From assembly GCA_016748015.1 (NCBI GenBank), contig JAAOMT010000030.1, forward strand, positions 23,222 through 87,221: DNA of 64,000 nucleotides. The letters are read 5' to 3'. The stretch is from Geosiphon pyriformis uo1. Taxonomy: Eukaryota > Fungi > Glomeromycota. The position numbers and the translations under genes are program-made. This document shows positions 11,330-22,159 of this stretch, in pieces (positions within the stretch are counted from its first letter, which is position 1; the number at the start of each line of letters is the position of its first letter). Below the pieces are notes generated by a model. It had not been told where the DNA came from. It did not search any database and saw only the letters and a program-made list of their open reading frames with translations.

Positions 11330-12734
11330 AACTGTTGGCATTTCCATTGTCTTTTCTCTTTTTATAATGTATAATATAAGTATATAGTACAAGTGCTATT
11401 TTCTATCTTGACTGTCTTTTGTCTCCAAATTCTTGTTTTTGGAGTGATGTCAATCCTTTGTGATCTGTATACACCTCAAACTTTTGGCTCAAGTATTCTT
11501 TCTATTTCAAAACTGCCCAATAGATTGCTAAGTGTTCTTGTTCTGGTGTTCTATAGTTTTTTTCGGCTGGTGTTAGATCTTGGCTGGCATATGCTACTGG
11601 ATGTTCTCTGCCGTCTGGTCCTCTTTGAGATAGTACTGCTCCCAATGCTTGGCCAGATGTATCAGTGGTAATAATGAATGGTTTGCTGTGATCTGGATAG
11701 ATCAGTACCAGAGCTTGAATGAGCTTTCTTTTCAGAATATCAAAAGCTTCTTGTTAACTTTCTGTCCATTCATATTTTGTATTCTTGGTTTGCAGTTGGT
11801 TGAGTGGCTGTGCTATCTTGGAAAAGTTCTTGATAAAATGTCAATAGTAGCTGGTGAATCCCAAGAATGATTTCAGTTCTGTCATATTAGTCAGCACTGG
11901 AAAGTTTTTTACTATCTCTATTTTCTCTGGATCCATTTTGATGCCATCTTTGCTGACTATGTGTCCCAAAAATTTTAGTTCTGTCTTGTCAAAGAAGCAC
12001 TTTGTTGCATTTAACTTTAGTCCTACTCTTCTTAGTCTTTCAAACACTTATTAAAGATGATGAAAATGATCATCAAATGTTTTTGAGAATACATTGGTGT
12101 CGTTCAAGTATACAATTACTAATTTCCATAATAAGCCAGTATACACAATTTCTATTAGTCATTGGAAAGTGGCTGGAGTGTTGGTTAAGCCAAATGGCAT
12201 CACTTCAAATTTGAAATTCCCTTCTCTAGTAGTGAATGCTGTCTTCTCTTTGTTGGCTGAATTCATGGCTATTTGCCAGTAACCACTGTCTAAGTTTAAT
12301 GTTGAGAACCATTTGTTCCCACCAAAAGCATTGAATAATTCCTGTATTCGTGGAGTTGGATAGCTGTCTCCACAAATTATACTATTGAGTTTTTTGTAGT
12401 TCACACAAAATTGAATTTTGCCATTCTTCTTATGGACAAGTACCACTGGTGACGACCAGGGGCTTATTGATGGTTGGATTAGCCCATTGTTAAGCATTTG
12501 GTTTATCTCTTGACAAATAATCTTGTGGCTGGCTGGTGGCACTCTGTATGCTCTTAGTTTAATTGGCATTGCATCTCCAATCTTGATTTGATGCTGGATG
12601 ATATTAGTTCGGCCAAACTTATTTTCACTGACAAAGATGTTGTTGAACTGGTTGAGCAACATCTTGAGCTGCATACGTTGAAGTGGATCTAAGTTTCCTA
12701 TGTTTATTTGTTCCAATTGTTCTGGTTGGAGCAA
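11330..12734 (-). pseudogene. pol: G1 reverse transcriptase and RNase H
   Basis: PSISPWSSPVVLVHKKNGKIQFCVNYKKLN, LDSGYWQI, KTAFTT, VMPFGLTNTPATFQ, LKFLGHIVSKDGI, FLGFTSYY, VAYASQ. Confidence 0.93.
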
Positions 12735-12821
12735 ATAACATTTGCTTCATCCATATATTGTTTGTGATGTAATATCAACATATCCACAAAGTTGTAGAAA
12801 GTCTGGAATGGTGCTTGGTGG

Positions 12822-13532
12822 TTAATCTTCTATTTCTGTAGTCAAATATCCAATGGTAGTTTCTTCTAGTATCTGGACAACACTTCCAGTGTTATTGTAG
12901 ATGGAAATTTTTATGCGGCTATACTCTTTAGCTGGTATGTAAAGATTGATAAGTCCAATCTCTCCTGACTCGTAAAGGCTTGTTTCTGCTTCAAAAATTT
13001 GGTTTTGATCCTTCATCTTCCTCTCTATTTCTACCATGTATTGGTCATATGGTGGAATAGAAATTGCTTGACTGGTTGAGATAAATTCTCTTTGGCTAAC
13101 AATTTTTTCTTCCGCCATATTAACTGGTACATCTATTCTACTCATTGATCTAAATCCCTGTATTCTTCTAGCTGTTATCCCTAATTCTTCTCTATTTCCC
13201 ACTGACACTAACTGAGCTATTTTTACTAGAGGCAGGAATATTGCTTGTGCTATTTTTTTATTTGGTTCTATAATATATGCCTTTTTTGAATCATTTTGTA
13301 GCATAGTAATGATATTTCCTACGTATCCTGCATCGATTATTCCTTCTCTGATGTTTATCCCTCTTTTTGCTAAACTACTCCTAGATGCTAGTTGAATCAT
13401 TGTTGTTGCTAAAATTTCTAAAGCTACTTTTAGATCAATGTAGATACACAAATGTGGTTCCAATTTGATGGCTTCTTTTCCGGGATATCTCAGACCAAAT
13501 CCAGCATCCATATCATGTACATGTTCTGGCAT
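12822..13532 (-). pseudogene. dut: G1 dUTPase domain followed by a degenerate dUTPase-like segment
   Basis: Motifs I-V: DAGF(G)L, ASRSSLAKRG, GIIDAGYVGNI, KIAQAI, RRIQGFRS. Confidence 0.9.
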
Positions 13533-13799
13533 AATATCTGTTATCGTTAAACCATTTAAGTTTCTGCTCTTTGGTAAGGTTGGAAATCACGATATATTGT
13601 TTGTAGTTTAAATTGGAGTTTAAATCTAAGTTGGAATCGTTGTCATTGTTAATTCTATTTTGAATAGAGCTAGAACTGGTGTTTTCATCATCATCCTTGT
13701 CAAAGTTTGAATCAGGATTGAAAATTGATTCTGATTCCGATGCACAGCTGCTAATTGGTTTTTCCTCTTCAGGGATTGTGTAGATCATGCATGGTGGTG

Positions 13800-14440
13800 G
13801 ATTGTAAATGAGGTTACACTTATTGCAATACTAGAAGTTACATAGGATTAAACAATGGTCACATAGTCGGGTGTTTATTTCTTCCAATCTTTGTTCCTGC
13901 TCTTTTCTGGTGGGTGCTAAGTTCTGATAGTGTTCATAGAATTCTTCTGGGCTGTTTTCTAAGTTGAGAAAGGCATCCAGGTTGAGAACCAAAACAATGT
14001 TTGTTGGTTCTGGAGGATTGTTCTTGATTTCCAGAATTTTACTGGGCAAAGCACTTTCTACTTTGGCATTGGCCATTCGCCAGATTTTGTCTTCATCATG
14101 TGAGTAACCTTCTAAGCAAGAGATTGCTTGGTGCCAGGTGGCTGTTATGGGCATGCCATGACTCACCCAATCACTGATAAGGATCGTGTATTGGCATGAA
14201 GCGTCACACATTCCTCCTCAACTAGGATGTCATTCCACATTCCTTCATCGAATAACTGTTGACCACAAGCAAGATATGGTTTATTGTCCCACTTGCTTTG
14301 TTGTTTTGGGTAATCATAGCGTTTTCTATGACATGGTTTGCAGTAGTAGTGAGTTCGCATCCAGTAGTCTTCGTCTGGTGCGATCTATGCTCCCATGGAA
14401 GAGAGTTTCTTCTTACAGTCCTGATATTTTAAGGGAATGT
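13800..14440 (-). pseudogene. G1 Cys-rich putative zinc-binding domain between protease and dUTPase
   Basis: DCKKKLSSMG, YYCKPCH, LACG, MCDASCQY, LCDHCLILCNF..CNKC. Confidence 0.6.
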
Positions 14441-14834
14441 AAGGTGGCTTCTTCACTGGCTTCCGTAAGTATTCTCTTTCTCAGCCACTGGTTATTTTCT
14501 CTGTGGCTTTGTCGGCTTTTTCAGGTAAGTCTTCTTCTTTTTCCTTTCTTTTCCTTTTTTCTTCCCAGTTGGTTGGTGTTGCTTTACTTTCATTGTCATT
14601 GTTCCAGGCATCAATAGTGGTCTCCCAGGTATGTTCTTCTGTTTCTATTCCTTTTTCTTTTTTATTGGTCTTTTCTTCCCAGTCTAGAATCGGTGGTAGC
14701 TCATTGTGCTCAATATCGGCCCACAATACTTGGTACACCTTCCAAGTAGGCTTTGGTTTTTCTTCCTCAAAATCAATAAGTGGCATTAATGATATGACAT
14801 TGTTTGGTTTGAAATGGCCACAAGTGGCTGGTAC

Positions 14835-15224
14835 TCACATGTGTTGGCCATTTTGGCTGAGTTGAAGTTTCTGCATGTTCCAGTTGAGCATTGCGTTGGT
14901 TTTGGACAACCAGTTGTTGCCAACGAGAGCTTGGTACTGTGTTGCTTCCATTACTAGTACCTTGATTGATACAGTGATGCTATTAATTTCAATGGGTAGA
15001 TTATCAATCTCACCAATGGGAGTTTTGGTTGCTCCATTGACTGTTATAATTCTGGTGCTGGCAGCACAATCAATTCGACAACCTAATTGGTCTATGAGTT
15101 GTCGTGTGATAATGCTGTCTGCTGACTCACTATTCAGAATAAGTTTGATGGAATGGCCATCAATTTTGGCATTGGTATACATTGCCGTGATGGGTTTTTT
15201 CTCAATAGTGACTCCACTAAACAA
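14835..15224 (-). pseudogene. G1 aspartic protease
   Basis: IKLILNSESADS (degenerate DSG motif; LDS seen in G3 and G4), ALVGNNWL. Confidence 0.85.
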
Positions 15225-15669
15225 AGGAACTTTTGATGGTTCCTTAATTTCAAATGGAAATATGGCTGCAAGTGACTTGTCTTCTGTAATGGTGGCTGGT
15301 GGGATATTGCTGGTAAGTGTTAATTGGAGGTTGGTTTCCAGGTTGGTGGACTACCATCGCCAATTGCCAGTTTTGTTGTATCATTTTTGGTCTTTGGATT
15401 CCATTTTGAGGCAAGTTTTGTGGCGATGTTTGAATTTGTGGTTGGGATTGATAAATGACTTGAGGTTGCAGCTGATAAATTACTTGTGATTGTGATTGAT
15501 AAATTGCGAGTGTTTGATAGACTGGAGTTTGATATACTGATGGTTGATAGATTTGTGACTGCATCATTGGTAGGTAAGTAGTTTGATCTTGATTTGGGTA
15601 ACAATTTGGAGTTTGAAATCTGCGATCAGGATTTTGATATTGATTTTCCGATCATGAATTGTTGCTATA

Positions 15670-17380
15670 AAATCTGCAGTCTGCTCTTATGTGTCCTTGT
15701 TTACTACAGTTGTGGCAAACACACATTTCTGGCTGCCACTGCTAATTAAGTGCTGTTGATGATAATGATAAACATGACTGATTTTGGAAATAATTTGCAT
15801 TTCCTGAATTATTGCATCATTGTAGTGGTTGATAAATTATACGATTGTCAGCTAAGTATCTCTCTAATTTCTGATTAATTGAATCACTGAATTGTTTCAA
15901 TTTGGAATCCAATTCAGATGATTTATTCATCATTAAATTCATGGCGTGAACATGATTGGCTTTTAATTCGGCAGATTCAAAATCTCTGGCATGTGTAATT
16001 GTGTCCTAGAGAGTGGCTGGATGCAATGGGCGTAGTGCTGTGAAATAATTAGCATCAATTGCTTGGATTTGTCACAGATTCCTATGGAAGCATCTCAGAT
16101 ATGTGGTAACTGCTTCAGTTTCTTCTTGTTTAATTGTAGTGAAAGTGTTGGCTAATCTGTTGATACTGTTGTTATTGCTAAAGTATCTCAAAAATTCTAG
16201 TTTGAAGGTGTTGAAATCTTGGGGTTTGTTAACCAGACTTTGATACCATGAGTCCACTGTATCCTTGAGAAAATAAAATATGGCTTGCATGGCTCTGGCG
16301 TCATTCCATCTATTGGTTGCAATGGCTTTTTTTACATCATTTAGCCAAACTTGTGCATCGTCTTCTTTGCCGGTGAATTTGTCAAGCTTCGCAATTGGTG
16401 CATATGCCATTTGTTGTTGTTGCTGTGGTAGAAGTTGTAGTTGTTGTTGAGGTGGTACTGGGGGTGGTTGTTGATTTTGTTGGTTCGGTGTTTGGATGGG
16501 TTGGCCAATTAGTTCCACTGGTGGTTGATTGATAATAATAACTGGTGGTAAGTATTGATTAATTACTTCGGGGTTTTGATTTTGCAGTGCTTGAATATTT
16601 AGAGTTTCGATTTCCAGATTTTCTCACTGAGTTTAAATATTTGGGGTTCCAAATTCTGGGTTTTCAAGGATCAGGTTTTGGTAAGTAAATTCCTGATCTT
16701 CTGATTCTTCTTTTTCTTTTTCTTCCAATAGTTCCCACAGGGTAGCGGTTCCAAAGTCTGGTTGAGACAGCAGTGATTGAATTCCTGATGGTGTTGGTAA
16801 TCACAATTTGAATCTTTTGAAGTATTCACTATATGGTCCTAATAATTCTGTTTTTCTTTGTTTACTTTGGAATGGAAATTGTCCAAATACTGATGTCATG
16901 TTTAATGTGGACACATCTGTTAATACAATATTGATGGTGCTTCTGAGTGTATAGTAATAAAATGGATTGGTTGGTAATTTAATTCTTGTCTTCTTCCAAG
17001 TAGGTAGTTGTATCTTTCTGGAAGTTACTGCTGGTGTTTGTAGTTTTCCTTTGCCTTTATTAGTGTATATAATTGGATACCTTTGTTGGGTGTGATGTTC
17101 AATTTTTTTGTTAATCTCAATGATAATGGATGCGAAATTATGATTTGTTGGTAGGTTGGTGTTTTGAATTAATTCTCTGTAGAAAGTTTCCCTTGCTGCT
17201 TTAGTATTTACTGGTGTTCCTAACAAAAAGAAAATTTTTTTGTTGACGTAGAAATTAAAGGCTGATTTGGCAGATATATGATTGTGGTTTAACCCCAAGT
17301 GCTGACAATAGTGTTAAAATAAGGATTTCACAAATCCTAAATAGTTTGCTCCTATATTTTCTGATTCTGCCACTTTTGGA
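15670..17380 (-). pseudogene. gag: G1 Gag: N-terminal helical region, capsid-like domain and CCHC knuckle
   Basis: MAYAPIAKLDKFTGKEDDAQVWL...YFLKDTVDSWY...IKQEETEAVTTYL; CHNCSKQGHIRADC at ~15675-15720. Confidence 0.85.
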
Positions 17381-17416
17381 TGGGGTTGTTGGTACTGGTT
17401 TTCTGTAAGATTATAC

Positions 17417-17432
17417 CTTACAGGGAGCACCA
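17417..17432 (-). promoter_or_regulatory. G1 primer-binding site TGGTGCTCCCTGTAAG (probably tRNA-Ile(UAU) type)
   Basis: Starts 2 nt inside the 5' LTR; the same sequence occurs in G4 at 38377-38392. tRNA identity is inferred from the GGAGCA-CCA 3' end. Confidence 0.8.
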
Positions 17433-17434
17433 AA

Positions 17435-18276
17435 TGTTATAGTTGATTATTTGGGGTCTCAAATCAAATAACAAACCCATAACTTGGTGCTTAATTGATA
17501 TAATATTGTTGGTAATATCTGAAGGTATTGTTATTTGAAGGTTTTGGTTGAGTTCTTTGTATAATAGACAGAGATTCAATGGTGATAGTTTTATTCGTAG
17601 CTTTCCAAAACCACAGTTTCATCAATTTCTTTTTCAGCTTGATGACCGGTATTCCTCCTGGTAAGCTATCCTCAATCGAGTGTTCTACTCTTATTCCTGG
17701 GTCTTTTACCAGTCACGTTTATCCTGACGTCAATGCCCCATGCATTAATCTTTAATAGAGTTAGTAAACAACAATAAAATCAAAGCAAGAAAATAAAAAA
17801 GGAAAAGAAAATAAAGAAAGAAAAGAAATAAGCCAAGGCGATTTGCAAGTTAGTATTTCATCAATAGCCATGATTAAGAGCTATTGTTCCAGTATAGTTA
17901 AGTGTCAATTACTATTAACATAAAGTGTTGATAGTGGAAATAGATTTGAGATAACAAATAGTTATTTATTAGATGATTGTGATTTGGAGAGTTGCTTAGA
18001 TTAAATTTAAACTGAAAGGTCTGTCTTTTCAGTTTCTAATCCTACTGCTATATATACATAATTAAGATTCCTCAATTCCTCAATTCTCCACAACAGGAAT
18101 CCAGCAATTCCTTTGAGAAGAATTCTGGAATTCTGGAATCCTGTGATTTCTTGTGAGAATCCTGTAATTTCTGGAATCCTGTAATTCCTGAAAGGAATCT
18201 TGGAATTCCATATTTTACTATGTCTACTTCTGATTGGCTATGCTAATCTCTATTCCCTATATTTCTATGAGTAACA
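17435..18276 (-). repeat. G1 5' LTR
   Basis: Repeat of 8376-9217; TATA-like TATGTATATATAG and CCAAT on the - strand; GGAATCC/GGAATTC repeat array in U3. Confidence 0.95.
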
Positions 18277-18280
18277 ACAG

Positions 18281-20317
18281 TTTACATATTTGGTGTCAGC
18301 AGTTTTTTTTCCTATTGTCAATTATAAGACTCAATTCAGTTTTGTTCCTGTTAGTATTTGTAGTAAATAAGATGCTCTGATTTGCAAAGACTTGAAGTCT
18401 AAATTTGGTCTCCTACTTGATTTTTTTACTTATACAATCTATCATCCTTCCTTGTATGGTTTAAAGACTTTTAAACAAATTCAGACTGAAAGCAAGTCAG
18501 CATTCTTTGTTTTTTTTGTGAATTTATTGAGTATTTTGGGCCAGTTATTTTCTCACAAGTCTTATAATTTCCAGGTTTTTAGCTGGTATTTTCACCACCT
18601 TCTGTAATTTCCGGCTTGTGTAAGAGTCAACCCCTTAGACAATTTTTTGGCTAATATGGTCTGCATTTTTTCTGGATGTAATTTGTCTTTGAATGGCTCT
18701 CTGGCCAGTGTTTTTCATTTTTGAAGTGGTACTCTTATGTCTTTTGTTCTTGGCAAAACTAATTATTTTAAATATGTCTCTTCTCTTCAGTATTATGAAG
18801 TTACTTTTGTGAACCAGCTGTATAACAAGCATGGTGCTGTTTTCAGTTGGACAATCTTCAAGCAGTAGAAGTAATTGGACTCTTATGGCCTTGTTTTTGT
18901 TTGGTTTGAGCTTTCTGTTTGTTTTCTTGGTAGTAAAGTTTCTTTTTTTGCTTGTCCCTCATTTTTGAATGGTTGTTTCTCTTCTGATATTCTTTAGTCT
19001 TATGAATTTGGTGTTGTTGGGGTTAATTTATTGTATGTTAATACTGCTTGTTTTTCTGTGTATATGGATGAATCTCTGAATGGTCTGGGAACTTTTGATA
19101 TGGTGGCTGGTGCTGCTGTTTTTTTTGAAGACATTGATTTGGGTCTGGGTGTGAGAGTTTTTGGTTTGGTTTTTTCTATGATGACAGAGTTGTAGGCCAT
19201 TGCTCTGGCTCTCGAGTGTATTTTTTTTTCTTATTCTGCTGACTTATTTTCAGACAGCCAGATTGCTTTGAATGTATGCAAATCAGAGTTTGTGTTGGCT
19301 TGTCTGGATTTCAAAAATCAGTGTTGAGTCAAATGTTGCCATATTACTAATGTTATTTGTTGTAAAAATTTGGATGTTAATTAAATTAAAATTAAAAATT
19401 ACTCTGGTGTCTTTAGCAATAAATATGCTGATGCTTTCTTTGATAAGCGTCTATCTCATATAGTCAATGAACATTTTCTTAAAGCCAATAATATGATAGT
19501 TTTCAGTAATTCTAAATATTTTGTTCATGGTATTTTTTGATCTATTCACTATGTATATTGGAAAATTGGTTCTGGTTCTCAGATCATGATGAATAGCCTG
19601 TATGCTGATATTGATTGGTCCAGATCTCTGTTGGTGTAGCATTCTGATTCTCACTTGGCTGTTGGTTTTACCAATATATGCACTACTGGCTTTCAGTCAT
19701 ATTTTATGAAAACATTGCATCATCATCTTCTTGTTGTAGTATATAAACAACTTTATAATAAGTATTACCCCAATGTGATATGTTTGTTCTGCAGTAATGT
19801 TAAGGTTTTAGACTATGTTTTTTCTTGCCCTTTTGATGCTGCTGGTCATGCTCAATTAATAGAAGTTTATATATCTGCTTGGGAGATATGCTTGGGTTTA
19901 TTTCGCTCTTCTTCTTGTGTCTTGCAGTTGTTGTCTACTTGTATTTTCAATATTGTTGTTGGTACAGTTCTGTATAAAGGCTTTGTTTTCAATAAGTGAT
20001 ATCATGAATCTGTTTTTAAGGATTCTAAAGTTGCAGCTCAGAATATTGTGTTTTTTGTGCACAAATTTTGTCTTGTGTTCTGGAATAATATTTGGCTGGT
20101 GCATGTCAAATACTGGGCTATTATGGAAAAGGGTGACTTAATTCTACATGATGATTCTGTTTCTGTCTTAGTTTCTGGTTTTCCTGTGGTACTCTCAGTT
20201 GGTACAATTAAGTTATTGGGTATTGCCAATGTATTTGGTATTAGTTTTGGGTTTTGTAAGTCTTGTTTGTTTTTTTTAGGTATTAGGGACATGGTTTCTA
20301 TTCATATAAATATCTAA
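18281..20317 (+). pseudogene. LINE A ORF2 3' part: RNase H and C-terminal CCHC
   Basis: VYMDESLNGLGT...GAAVFFEDI, LFSDSQ, ICLFCSNVKVLDYVFSC. Confidence 0.85.
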
Positions 20318-21299
20318 TGTTGTCTTAATTGGCCTGAATGGCTGGTCATGTGTAGCAAATACATGATTCGCACCTAGTTTAAATTATTAATGTGATATAT
20401 AGTACTAGGCAGTATCTAGACTTTATTCATTAAATACAAAAAAAAACAAAAAAAAACAAATAATAAAAGTAAAATTTTTTTATATTTTTAATTAAATATT
20501 TTAAGATTAAAAAAATAAATACAAATAAAATAATAGTTTTTTATTTTATATTTTATTGCTTTAAATTTTAAATAATTAAATCTAAAAGTTTTTATTAAAA
20601 AAATTTTATTTTAAATATTAATTTGTTAAAAATTGTTAAAAAATTATTAGATTTATATTATTTTTTAACATTAATTAAAAATAAAAAAATCCAAATAAAT
20701 AATAATCTTGAAAAACAAAAAATATATTTAAATTAAGTTATAATTTTCAAAAAAATTTCATAAATATTTTTAAAAAAATTTTTTAATTAATAAAAATTTT
20801 ATATATATAATTAAGACTAATAAAAATTAGACAATATAAAAACAAAAAAATAAATTTAAAACTGTATTGTTTATTTTGTTTATGTATATTATTGTTTATA
20901 ATAATCTTTTAAATAAATCTAAAAAAATTTACATTATAAATTATATATATTATTATTATTAATAAAATATATATAATTATTTATTTTAAGAATAAAAAAA
21001 TTTTAAATTATTTGTGTTTTTAGTAAAAATTAATTTTTAATAAATTTAATTTAATTTAATTTAATATAAAACTTATAAATATTTTGAATATTTTAAATTA
21101 AAATATAAATTTCTTAAATAAATTCTAAAAATATATGTTTTTTAAAATTTGTTAGTCTTATTTTATTAATTTTTATGTCAAAAAAAATATATTTATTTTT
21201 TATATATTATTTTTAATAGTAAATTATAAATTTAAATAGTTATTTTTGGCCAAATTTTTGGTTATAATATATTTTATTTAATGTTTTTTTTTAATTTAT

Positions 21300-21730
21300 T
21301 TTTTTAATAATAGATTTTTAAATAAATATTTTAAAATATAATATTAAGCTTTTGTCTAATTAAATCTTATTAATATTTTCTAAATTAGATATTATATTTT
21401 TATTTGCTGTTTTTTTTAGTTTACAGCTTTTTTTTAATATTAACATTTAATTTTAATATGATTTTAAACAATATTTTTAAGAAAATTATTAATATATTGT
21501 TTATAAACTTTGGTATTTCTGTTTTTATAATATCTAAATTAAAATATCTTAAAGCTAAATTAACTAAAATTTTATATTTTTAATATTGTATTATTAAAGC
21601 TTAATAAAATATTATTAAAAATAAGTTATAAATAATTTCTTTTTAATATTTAATTTAATTTAAAAAATTATTATATGTAATATTAAAAGTATAAAAAATA
21701 TTGTTAAGTAAATTAATATTAATAAATAAA
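21300..21730 (+). mobile_element. Hyper-mutated relic LINE (ORF1/ORF2 junction) that hosts LINE B
   Basis: 21650-21715 aligns by eye with the ORF2 start of LINE C (~54970-55035), mostly via transitions; left boundary uncertain. Confidence 0.5.
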
Positions 21731-22159
21731 TTCTTTTTCTTCTTTATTCCAAATTTCCAAAAAGAGTTAAAAAGTTTTTTTAAAAGAAGTTTTTTATAAT
21801 TCAATATGATAAGTCTAAACCATTTATTCTTGACTATGAAGTCACTATTAGCTGTAATATTACTGTTATAAAAAAAACTGCTAAAGATTTTGTTCTGCTA
21901 AGGGCTTCAAATCAGTACTGTTAAGAAAAAAGAGGAGAAGTGGTGCTTTAAAGAATAATATTAAGACTAAAAAAACTTTTGCTAAAGTAGTGGATAGTCA
22001 TTTTTGGAGTTTGGAAGCTGGTGATACTACAGAATCTGATAATGTGGACATGAAAAAGGAGTATTTGATTAAGGAAACCAGTTTTGATTATAGTAATAGG
22101 GCTATCTTTGATGAGAAAAACACCAACCAAACACCTAAGAGCTCAAAAGTTAAGACTAT

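Larger units (their letters stand above)
8376..18276 (-). mobile_element. G1: Ty3/Gypsy LTR retrotransposon with dUTPase, 9.9 kb, best-preserved copy
   Basis: Two 842-bp LTRs with TGTTA...TAACA ends; TSD ACAG (8372-8375 and 18277-18280); PBS and PPT; gag-PR-dUT-RT-RNH-IN order on the - strand. Confidence 0.95.
3811..20460 (+). mobile_element. LINE A (non-LTR retrotransposon with RNase H), full length but degenerate, split by G1 at 8376-18276
   Basis: 5' end is shared with LINE B (tttttc...ccaaatt...aagagt.aaaaagttt). ORF1 and ORF2 remnants, conserved 3' UTR and A-rich tail at 20438-20460. Removing G1 and one TSD copy restores KTISDKQFTYLVSAV. Confidence 0.92.

Noticed and set aside
14186-15489. 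Plus-strand ORFs of 120-204 aa
   Set aside because: Antisense shadows of G1 pol with no independent motifs.
17417-17434. GGGAGCACCA as a tRNA gene end
   Set aside because: No cloverleaf upstream; it is the complement of the PBS.
20330-20430. HDV-like or hammerhead ribozyme in the LINE 3' UTR
   Set aside because: Conserved catalytic cores and helix spacing could not be fitted; kept only as a generic structure.
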